64,000 nt of DNA, taken from NCBI RefSeq assembly GCF_006345805.1, contig NC_042999.1, positions 169,136,001 to 169,200,000 on the forward strand, read 5' to 3'. Origin of the DNA: Octopus sinensis. Taxonomy: Eukaryota. Shown here one piece after another: positions 37,210 through 49,587 of the stretch; within the stretch, counting starts at the first letter, position 1, and every line of letters begins with the position of its first letter. The translations under genes and the position numbers were made by a program. The notes below the pieces were generated by a model. That model was not told the origin of the DNA, did no database searches, and saw only the letters and a list, made by a program, of their open reading frames with translations.

Positions 37210-39350
37210 AAACACATCTCTTATGGATATACCCATTCCCTCAAAGAATGCTTTCCTTAAGCAACTTAGTAATAAGACAAATTTCTTTATTCACCATATC
37301 CGATGGCTCACCTTTTTCTTCAACAGCCCACTAATGACATAACCTCTGAATTTAAGAAATTATTTAAATCTAAAAATAATTCTCCAGTTTGAAGATGATC
37401 TATGGTCTATTGTGAGAAATGTAAAATTTCACCCATCACCGCTAAGGAATAAACATCTGAGGTATCTTCACAATATCACCAAGGAAATTAATACCATGGT
37501 TCAATCAGATAAAACAGGAATTTTGTACAAACTTACCAAGGACTATTACTTGGAACTGCTTAAAATAGAAATTAAAAAAAAAACGATAGGACTACCAGTA
37601 AAGGTGTCCTCAGGAAAGCCAACCTTGAGGCTAAGAAAATTATGGAGAGGTACACCTTACAGATGAAGACAGAACCTCGTTTTATTTTGAAAGATCATAA
37701 ACAAATTTTTTTTTAATAACACATCCTTAAGACTTATCTGTACTTCTAGCTCTGACATTGGTGTACTTAGTAAAAATATATCTGCCTTAGTTAAAAAATT
37801 AATGCTTAGTTTATGGTCCAATTCATTCCAGGTCGTCAAGTGGTTTAGTTCTATTCCTAATAAGAGGAGCACTAAGTTTATCCAGTTAGACATTTCTAGT
37901 TTTTGTTCCTCCATCAACCCAATAGTACTTAATAAGGCACTTTGGCTTGCTCATAACAAAGCTGGTCTCAACAGGGAAGAAATTAATGTTGCGTTGGCCT
38001 CCAGAAAATCTATCAAAGTTTGACAATAAGATGTGGGTCCGTAAAGACACACCTGATGGATTTGATGTTACAATGGGAAGTTCTGATTCAGCACAAGTAG
38101 CTGATTTAGTCTGTATATATATGTATATATATATATATACTTAATGAAATGGCAGACCTGTTCCCAAGCATCAATGAAACTCTATATCGTGATGATTGTT
38201 TACTTTACCTTCAAAATGTTTCTGACCAAAAAGTACAAAAGGTTAAGAATAGTTTCGTTAAGTTTTTCCATAGAATGGGCTTAAGCATTGTTTTTGATGA
38301 TGATGTAACGAAAGCCAACTTTTTAGATATTACACTTAACTTACACAATTCGTACTTCCCATACCACAAACCATCGACCAATCTTAAGTATATTAGCCAA
38401 TTCAGTAATCATTCTAGGGCAATCACTAAGAACTTAGTTAAGAATATTTCATTTAGAAGTAATCTACTAATGTTGACATTTTCAATGACAAGGCTGAATT
38501 TTATAATTCTGCCTTACTTAAAGCAGGTTATACAGATGAAGTTACCTACATTAATTCCATTTAATCTTATTCTACCTTTAATAATGGAGACATGAAATCT
38601 AATTGTAAAGATATAAATGATATCAATTTTAATTTATACACCAACACCAAACAGAGGAAGGGAGATAACCCTTATTTAAACTCTTATTTTTTTCATTCTA
38701 AAGGTAAATCGATGTCTTTTAAAGATAGTTACACTAAAAATAAGGCAAGTAATAACAAAACTATTTGGTTGATTATTCCTTAGGGGAGGCAAATTAGATC
38801 TAATCTTCCTTTCCAGTTTCTGGAAGCTATTATTAGGAATTTTCCAAAAAATTCTTGGTATTACTCTATTATCAACTGACACATGGTTAAGATTGGTTTT
38901 TCCAACAAAAAAAAAAAATCTCTTACAAATTATCTCCTCGCATAATAATATTAGTCTGTTAAAGAAGAATCCATTTACTAATACTAACATTAATTTAGCT
39001 AATACCTCCATCTCCCTAGAAATATTAATAACAAGGTTATTGTCTCTGAAGTCAATTCCAACAGAATTAAGTTTATGTCCAGTAATTCTAAGATTAAAAA
39101 CTCTATTTACCAGTGTAAAATTACTTCAGGTACTGATGTCTTTTTTTATATAGGTAGTTTTTCTTCTCAGTTATCTAAAAGAATTTCTAATCATTTCTCT
39201 ACATTTAGGGATAGGAATAAATGTAACAGTGCAGGGCTTAGTAAATTAATTTGGTATCTAAAAGACCCTAATAAAAAATTTAATTTAGATTGGTTAATTC
39301 TCTCCATTTCATTCCCTTAAGATAAAGGCAAAGAATTCTGCCAACTCTGT
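37210..39350 (+). mobile_element. Penelope-like element (Neptune-type), near full ORF, decayed
   Basis: IPIPSKNAFLKQL..IRW, FIQLDISSF, FDVTMGSSDSAQVADLV, LYRDDCL, ANFLDITLNL, IYQCKI...FYIG...SKRISNH. Confidence 0.88.
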
Positions 39351-39369
39351 AATAGTGAACTATTTTATA

Positions 39370-39720
39370 TTCTTTTTCTGGCATGGGATTGGACGGTTTG
39401 ATTGAGAACTGGTGAGCCAGATTGCTGCACGAGGCTCCAAATTGATCTGCCAGAGTTTCTACAGCTGGATACCTTCCTAACACCAACCACTCTAAGAGTA
39501 TAGTGGGTGCTTTTACGTGCCACCTGCACAAGGGCCAGTCCAGCGGCACTGGCTCAAATGATGTTTTTTATGTGCCACCCACACAGGAGCCAGTCCAGCG
39601 ACCCTGGCTCAAATGATGCTTTTTATGTGCCACTGGCACAGGAGCCAGCCAGCAACCCTTGCAATGATATGCTGGGATGGTGCTTTTAATGTTCCACTGG
39701 CACGGGTGGTGCTGCCATTG
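39370..39720 (-). mobile_element. RTE LINE 3' UTR copy, diverged
   Basis: Homologous to 13618-14000. Confidence 0.75.
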
Positions 39721-39849
39721 GCCACATCAGTGAATTTGGTTTTGTGCCAGGGCACGGCACCATTGATGCTATACTTCCGGTAAGACAACTGCAGGAGAAA
39801 TACCTAGTCAATGATAAACTTCTGTACCTGTACCAATGCACTCATCTCT

Positions 39850-41980
39850 CTTGCACACCACATCTAATGCCTCTCACACCCAACTTTTCTCTGAAGACAT
39901 TTAGGTTCTGTCATACATGCACACTGACATTGCACATCTAGTGAAGCATACTAGCTTCATTTCTTTCAAACCTATATATATCCTTGGCAGTCACAGCCTA
40001 TGTTTCACTGTCATGTAGCATGGTTGTTCACACACAGGTATCATACAATCTGCCTTTCACTCTGAGGGAGAGGCCCTTAGTTACCAACAGAGGAAGGAGG
40101 TCTCTGAACTTTGCTCAGCCTATTCTTAATCTAGCAGCTATGCTTTCAGAGTATCCACCTCCACCACTGACTTGCTCACCTAAATAATGGAAGCTATCAA
40201 CTACTTCTAGTTCCCCTGGCATTTGATGGAATCTATTTTCTGTACATTTCCAGTGTTTATTCCAGTCTACTTCTGCACCTTCCACACACAAAAACTATTT
40301 TACCTGTTAACCTTCCTCTGATATTACTGCACATTTTGACCAAGTCAGTAGCGGGGGCGGGTGTGTTGAAAGTGTAGCTGCTAGAGTAAGAATAGCTTGG
40401 GCAAAGTTCAGAGAGCTCTTACCTCTGCTAGGGACAAAAGGCCTCTCGCTCAGAGTAAAACGTAGACTGTATGATGCTTGTGTACGAACAGCCATGCTAC
40501 ATGGCAGTGAAACATGGGCCGTGACTGCTGAGGATATGCGTAAGCTCACAAGAAATGAAGCCAGTATGCTCCGATGGATGTGTAATGTCAGTGTTCATAC
40601 TCGACAGAGTGTAAGTACCTTGAGAGAGAAGTTGGACCTAAGAAGCATCAGTTGCGGTGTGCAAGAGAGACGTTTGCGCTGGTATGTCCATCTGGTGAGA
40701 ATGGATGAAGATAGTTGTGTGAAAAAGTGCCACACCCTAGCTGTTGAGGGAACCTGTGGAAGAGGCAGACCCAGGAAAACCTGGGATGAGGTGGTGAAGC
40801 ACGACCTTCGAACTTTAGGTCTCACCGAGGAAATGACTAGAGACTGAGACCTTTGGAAGTATGCTGTGTGTGAGAAGACCCGGCAGGACAAGTGAGACCA
40901 TCACCCATGGCCTCAGTCCACTTATGCATACCTTTCCTTCTTGGGACACAAAACCCAACTTGTGAAGACCTGTTGAGGCAAGTGAAAATCAAAAAATCAA
41001 AATCGATCAACATCAATGGAAATTGTAGCTGTGATACCAGTGCTGGTGGCACATAAGAGAACCATCCGAACATGGCCGTTGCCAGCGCCGCCCTGACTGG
41101 CTTCCGTGCCGGTGGCATGTAAAAAGCACCATCCGATAGTGGCCGTTTGCCAGCCTTGCCTGGCCTCCGTGCCGGTGGCACATAAAAAGCACCATCCGAT
41201 CGTGGCCGTTTGCCAGCCTCGCCTGGCACGTAAAAAGCACCCACTACACTCATGGAGTGGTTGGCGTTAGGAAGGGCATCCAGCCGTAGAAACATTGCCA
41301 GATCAGACTGGGCCTGGTGCAGCCTTCTGGCTTCCCAGACCCCAGTTGCACCGTCCAGCCCATGCCAGCATGGAAAGCGGACGCTAAACGATGATGATAG
41401 CATACACTGGGTACATCTTATGGAGTTTTTACCTATGCCTTTTCTACAGATCAAGCAGTGCCTTCTACCTGAAGGGATTTGTGATTTGTATGTTCTACTT
41501 ATTAAGATTTTGGTTTTTGCTAGATTAAATCTTAGGTCCTTTGATTCTAGAGCTTGCTTCCACATTTGAAATTTCTTCTTTAGTGCTGGTAGTGTTTTGG
41601 TTATAAGAGCAAGGTAATCAGCAGAGGGCAATGATGAACAAGAGGGTCTGGGGACTGATCCTTGGTGAACCCTGCTTATACTGTGGATTCATTGCTATAG
41701 GCATTGCCAACTTTCACCTTACTGACGGCATCCCTGTATATGGCTTGTACATCTCTCACCAACCACTCATCATCTATCCATAGCTTCTGCATTGACCAAC
41801 AGATAAAGGAGCAGGGAATTCTGTCAAAGGCTTTCTCCCTGTTGACAAAAGCCAGATCCAGAGTTTTAAGTTTGACTAAGTATTTCTCCTGCAGTTGCCT
41901 AACCAGGAACAGAGCATCAGTTATGCTCCTGCCTGACACAAATCCAAACTAGATCTCATTTACACTAACTCTCTTTTGAA
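39850..41980 (-). mobile_element. Older RTE LINE, interrupted by the younger RTE at 40345-41398
   Basis: The ORF reads ...KNSIRCTQC at ~41400 and resumes ...CSNIRGRLTGKIVF at ~40330. Confidence 0.8.
40345..41398 (+). mobile_element. Younger RTE LINE 3' part with UTR
   Basis: QVSSGGGCVESVAAR...MLHGSETW...RGRPRKTWDEVV, then UTR and GATGATGAT. Confidence 0.9.
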
Positions 41981-42018
41981 GATATGGGCATGATGTGTTA
42001 GATTGGGTTAAAATATCT

Positions 42019-42852
<834 letters not shown>

Positions 42853-43869
42853 AGAGTGGGTACTGTACAAGCACTCCATTATAATCTGGGTTCTAGTTTA
42901 CTGCATTGAGTTGTAAAGAGCACCTATGTTTATTGGTTTTCAGCAGTCCCTCTGTAATTCATTCAGTGGGTAAGTCCTGGGTTCCTTTCGCAGGATTAGA
43001 AATATTTTATTGCATGTATATTCAAGACAATTATAATTAATATAGAGATCAGTATATCTGCACATTTCTTTCTTCAATCAGTTGGACAGCATATTAGCTT
43101 TAAATTTATATGTTTATGCTACATAGACAACTTGTAGTTGCATTTGCATCCAGTCACTTTCAACTGCAAGTTTACCCAAAGTCCTTGCGAGGATGTGGTC
43201 CAAAGTGAACTAAGTGTATGTAACCTTGGCTAGTGTTATTTTGCTTGATTACTATAGTTTGTGAGTGAAAAGAATTTAAGAGGAAGATTTGGAAACCTAA
43301 TGCACTTCTAAAGTCTCATATGCAGTTGACCTTATCTCGACTTTAAGTTTGAGCTTTGAAATAAGAATACTAGACATTTAATTAAGTCAAATATTTTTTT
43401 TTAAACCATAGCCTTAGGTGAATTATGAATTAGTGATCTTCAGATATCATGTATAACTACTGGCTGCAAAATATGTGTTGTATGAAGAACTTACTTTTGA
43501 GGCCAATTTGAAATTTTTTCTTTGTATAAATCAACCTTTAGATCAGATGTTGTTTTGTTGTCCTACATGTATTGCAAGAATTTTTAAAATGTTGTTTTAC
43601 TTACGGAGAATACCGATTACTACTTGGTATAGTCACATCAGATATTACACTGGCATTTACCATGTAAACCCAGGCACTTCCTATTTACGTTGTAGTTACT
43701 AAATAATAGGTCTCTTCCATGGAAGAATTTGAAAGCCCTTCAGTAGAGATGTGAACATCTTAGGGCTTGTTCCTGCTTACAGTTAAACAACCGGTGTTTA
43801 GCCATGAAAATACGGAATATCTCTTCTATGCAGAAATTACATCTGTGTTAAATCTTACACTATATGTTT

Positions 43870-45530
43870 TTAAAGGTTGACAGATAATTTGTATTTTAAA
43901 TAGGTTCTTTTTGCTGCCTGAAACCGAAGTATTTATCAATATCTTTCCCCCCTGATTATGTAAGGTTCAGCTACACCTATTATTTTCCATTCTATTTTAA
44001 CCCTTTCGATACCAAACCGCCCAAAACCACCCCAAAAAAATTTTGGTTAATGTGACCAAACCACCCAAAGCCGCCCAAATTTACCTATTCATATTTAAAT
44101 GAGAATATCAGAGCAAATCTCTTTAGTACATTCGTGAAAACACGTATTATACTTCGTAAAGAGTTCAACTACAGTTTTGTACAAAAATTGAAGTGTAATT
44201 TTAATTCCGTGAATTTTGGGAGATGTTTTTCTGAAATTTGTTCCTATTGTGTTTTCAAAATTTGTAATTCTGACAAAAAATGGATACGAATTTCATTATA
44301 TCAAGCAGTGAGTCAGAATTCGAAGGATTTTCTACTGAAGACCTTCATAAATCTAACTCTATAACTGAAAAAAAAAAGCATGTGGTATTTGATAATGAAT
44401 CTGATGTTTCATTTTCCGAAAGTGAAAACAGTGAATCCGAGAGCTCCGACAGCGATAAAGAAAATGAATTGGCACCTGAATGGAGTGAAAATTTAAAAGC
44501 TGTTTCTTTCGGTGATTTTTCTGAAGAAACTGGACCAAGCCACAGACTTTCCCGGAAGAGTAAAGCCTTAGACTATTTCTATTTACTTTTTCGAATGAGC
44601 CTATTTGAAATCATTACGGCGGAAACGAACCGTTACGCTAAACGTAAACAAAACGAAAGAAAGGATACTTTGTGGTTTCCCATAACCTTAAATGAAATTA
44701 AGACTATTTTGCCATAAATATTATTATCTGTATCAGAAAGTTACCTAGAATAACAAATTCTATCGTAAAATTTTGTTGTATACCCAATTGAATATTAGCT
44801 AATAACCCATTTTCTATAGCGATGTTTGAACAAAATTTTAATAATTTTATATTTTGTTGAATTTACCTGTATCTACCTGCAATTAGAGTCACTTTGTGAC
44901 AAAAATTATAGTATAGAATTGGTTGAGAACATTTCATTAAATTATCTTCCAAAATTCATGTTAATATATTGATAAATAAAAAAGTTATAGTTGTTTAATG
45001 AAACCAGACTAAATTTATGATTACGTTAGAAATTAATTGAAACACATAAGGGGTGTATTTTGGTCAGAAATATAGTAACGAAAGGGTTAAAGTTAGCTTT
45101 TCTATCCTTAAGGGACCAAATAAACACACTTAAGCTTGTGCTATACATTTTCTCTCTTTCTTTAAATGAAGCTAAATGATTTGCCAGTCTCACCTTGAAA
45201 TTTGTCAAGCTTGCACCAATATAAAAATATGAATTTCCTTCTAACATAACCCTTGTATACTAAATCTTCCCTGATATATTCAGCATTTAAATGATAAATT
45301 TTACTTTTTGCATGACTAGAAAGATTTCTATCTTTCCCAACTCTGCTTATGTTAGTGAGACTAATCTTTCCAGCTTGAAAACGAAGGCCGAATTTACGGT
45401 AATGTTTATATGCACTTACTATTGGTTGCATATTCTCAACTTTTTGCATAGTCCATCTGCCAACATTACAACACTTACATAATTCTAGTCCCCGACATAC
45501 CATACCCTCTCCCGTAGTTTTCTGTACCTT
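43870..45530 (-). mobile_element. Penelope-like GIY-YIG fragment split by piggyBac
   Basis: Removing 44001-45090 restores YFYIGASLTNFKVRLANH...WSLKDRKANFKIEWKIIGVAEPY. Confidence 0.85.
44001..45086 (+). mobile_element. piggyBac, internally deleted, TTAA TSD
   Basis: TTAA|CCCTTTCGATAC...GTAACGAAAGGG|TTAA. ORF 44280-44717 has an acidic N-terminus and LDYFYLLF..LFEIITAETNRYA...WFPITLNEIK. Confidence 0.93.
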
Positions 45531-47665
45531 TTGTACTTCATGTAAATCTGTTCTGCAAATATATATTTATATTACAGAACAGATTTATATATTTAAGTCC
45601 GTCCAACCCATGCTAGCATGGAAAGCGGACGTTAAACGACGACGATGATGATGATGATGAAGTAAATGCTTATGCATGAATGTTCATTTTCAGTTTTTGT
45701 TTCTCCCTCTGCATATCCTTATATATATATATATGTCAAGCCTGACTGTGTTTTTGTTTATTTGCATCGCTATCTCTATATCAGCTCACCTGGATTCATT
45801 TTATAGCCACCCTTTACTTTGCAGACTTAGTCCTCGATAAAGATTTTGGAGTATAAGTTCAAATCATTTGAGGAGTACTATGTTTTCTTTATTGAGCATT
45901 TCTGGATCTCATCCATTGAGAGAGAGGGCGGGGTGATATATGTTTGGTGCAATAAACAATAGAATTCAGTTCACGAGTGTGTATATAGTTTTTGATTGGT
46001 AGTAAACATAGGAAGTTCCTCAACCTGAGAGTTTTATGCATGGCGCTTATCAAAGTAGTAGTACAGCTATTGACATACTGGCTTCTAGGCTATGTGATGA
46101 AACTTATGCTAGTGCTTGTTTTAGTTAATTCTACACTCTCTAGCTCATCTAGATGCCAACCTTTTTTGAAAATTGTTATTTGTGAATCTTAACATACTCT
46201 TCAGTTTGAAGTATATCTGTTTAAATCATCTATAGATCTTACACCTTTATGTTTATAAAGAGCCAACAGTTTCTTTGTATTTTAAACAGGTCCTTTTTGC
46301 TGCCTGAAATCAAAGTATTTATCAAGTGATTAATCAATATCCTATATAAGAGGTTGTGTTACAATATGTGTATTATATGAAAACACATTGAAAAGTAAAG
46401 TTCCTACTAATGGTAATAAGTTGTTAATAAATAAGGACATTTTGGTAATTGTTATCGACAATAGTTATTGATGACTGCTTTGAATTCTAGCTTTCTTAAT
46501 TAACTGAAGTATACTAGTTTGAATAAAGGCTGTTTGTATAATATGAAAATTGGATAATCTATATACAATAAAGCAGCTGCATAATGACTGACTGGGTGAT
46601 AGAATGCGTAACTGAAAAATATTCAGATTGTATTTCAAGTCTTTGTCTCTTGTGCTATGCAATTTGTTTAGTAATTACACAAATATGCCAGAGAAATATC
46701 CTCCTAGAATTTACGGTTTCCAATGTCAGTTGGCAGTTTTCTCTTTTTATCTCTTTTAATTTTCATGGCCAGTAAAGCAAATAGTTTTAGATGCAATTTG
46801 TATCAACATGCTAAACTATGAATTCTAGTATTCTATTACTAAGCTGCTAACACCATTTTTTAACACATGGACTCTGTGCATTTTCCATTGAGTACTTCAT
46901 TGTTTTGTGTCAGATATGTCCTGATCAATAATCAAAGATATTTTAGTTATAACCACCCCATTATTTTCTTCCAGTTGTGTATCTAGGACACATTATACAG
47001 TTATCTCCACCTTTTCTTTTAAACTGTATGATTATGATTTGAGAGAGATTTGGCTATTTCTTGTTGGTTGAGCAACCATGTAGATACTCACTCATTGGCT
47101 TGTCCATTTGAGTGTAGTTAGTGTGGATGATTGATTCAGTAAGTAAAGAATTCCATTCCAAATTAATGCTGTTCAGTTTGATTTCCATTGGACATTTCAT
47201 TCTCACTTATTGTTGCTGACGGATTTATTCAGCACTCCTTAAACACTGCCATAAAATTTATTATACACATAGTGAAAAGTAAGGTTAGAATTAAAGAATT
47301 AAATTTCCAACATGTTTTGATCTATGAAACAATAGAACCAGAAAAGTAAAATTGACTACTTTTCTAACTATTCAGTAAGAACATAAAATCCAAGATGACG
47401 AATTACTTATAATCAAAATGCATTGCACTATTAACCACAAAATACTGCTTAATGATAAGTGTTTAACTAAAAGTCAATTTCAATCAAGGATGAGAAAAAT
47501 AAGTTTATGTATTGGTATGTATGTATCTTTAGGTATTTTTTCTTGAATCCACTTGCAGACTATTGTTTTATAAAATTGATTCCCCCTACCCTATCATGAG
47601 TTTTCCTTAAAACCCAGTTTATGACCTTTTAATGGTTCATTGGTGATTAGAAGTACTCATTTTAA

Positions 47666-47885
47666 CCAATTAGCACTCAGATTACTCTGTCAAATGTAAT
47701 GTATATTTATTCACATTGTTTTGTATTAATCATGCATTATCTTATGCCTTCAAGATTTTATTGAAATGATTATTTGTTTTTAGAATGACATAGTAAGCTA
47801 GGTTTGAGAGGCTCTATCTGGTTAGTTTAAGCATAAAATAAGTAGAATATTTTGGCTTGGTATGGCCAGTTTCAATACTGAAGGG
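47666..47885. mobile_element. TTAA-flanked MITE
   Basis: TTAA|CCAATTAGCACTCAGATT...AATACTGAAGGG|TTAA. Confidence 0.8.
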
Positions 47886-47923
47886 TTAAATGACTTTTGA
47901 AACTTTAAATTTTTTTGTCTTAG

Positions 47924-48190
<267 letters not shown>

Positions 48191-48844
48191 TAATTTCATC
48201 ACCATTTGAAATTTCTTTTCATTTTGTTTTTCTACCAGATTTCCATTTTAATTGCCACAAGGGCAATGATTGTGATTGCTGGATTTTTTTTTGGGGGGGG
48301 GGCAGATTTGAAAGTTTCAAATTAAAAGAAAATTATAAATTCCATCTTAGACATGTTGCTAGATAGATGATTTTGTAAATGCTGATATTTAGCAAAACTG
48401 GTTGGAAAGGCAAATCTATAGAGATTTGCCTGCTTCATAGTTTGATACTACACTGTTCTGATCTCAGTCCTCACTAGAAGGAATGACATTATCACGCATT
48501 CCTGTAGTAGTCAATTATACTGACAGTCAAGGGAATATATTGGGTAAAGATTGCATAGCTTATGTATTTTTTTGTTGTGAGCAATAACATATCTGTTCAT
48601 TTGCAATAAATTCAGGCAGATTTGAATGTGATGTCTGATTGGTATTGTTGCTGGAGAATGATGTGCATTCATATCACAAGTGACTCAGTGGTGTAAAGAG
48701 AATTTGAGACACCACAAAATTTTGAAATCACTTCCTGATGTGTGGTGGTAGCTGCTAAACAGATAATACTTCATGAGGAAGGGGCTGAAATCCCTACAGA
48801 GCTGCTTCACAACATGATCAGAGATGGCAAACACAAAATCTGTT

Positions 48845-48888
<44 letters not shown>

Positions 48889-48980
48889 CGGAATGGTCAT
48901 TTTGCCAGTTTAGCCAATAAAAACACACGCACTATATATTTGGTGTTATTTATTTTTTACATTAATCTTAATCTTATTTC

Positions 48981-49025
48981 GGCCAGAGTTCTTTCGTCAT
49001 ACTCCTGTGACCGCATCAGTGGTCC
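48981..49025 (-). ncRNA. Minimal hammerhead candidate with A9C core
   Basis: Minus strand: GGACCA-CTGATGC-G-GTCACA-ggag-TATGAC-GAAA-G-aa-C-TC-TGGCC. CUC site. Confidence 0.6.
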
Positions 49026-49587
49026 TTTGTTTACTTCTTTCGTATTTGTGTCTCTCCTTACTAACCGTCAGCCATTCCGAAATATAACAATATCTGTTTC
49101 AACACACGACTTCACATAAAAAATCTTGCACAATAAATATTTAAACGTATATATATATATATGGCTGCACCTCTCCTACACGGATCAAAGTGACTTTGTT
49201 ATTGATGTGAAATCCTTGAAATACACCACGACGTCTACACTTTTAACCTTGAACTTGTTCGTATAAACTGTCCCTTTCGTTTTCATTTTTCTCGTTTTAT
49301 TTTTCTCATATATTATTTATTATTTTTTTACATTCATTTCATACTTTCCACATTTTCCTGTATTTTTTTGTCCTTCTTTCTGTCGTTTCTTCCTTCTCTG
49401 GATGTCCATACTCTGTTTTCTCTGCTTGCACCTGCTTATTTTTGCCTCCCTCTCTCTCTCTGTGCTTCCTTTCTTTTCTTTCCTTTTTCTATTTGTCCCA
49501 TCTTCTTCGCCTTTATTTTCTGGTCCTACTGCCTTTTTTTTATCTAGTTTTTTTTCGAACGATTGTCTTTTTTTTCGCTATTCCACC

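Noticed and set aside
49402-49587. Hydrophobic N-terminal extension of ORF 49402-50607
   Set aside because: Translation of a pyrimidine-rich leader; the credible start is the CCACCATG at 49588.
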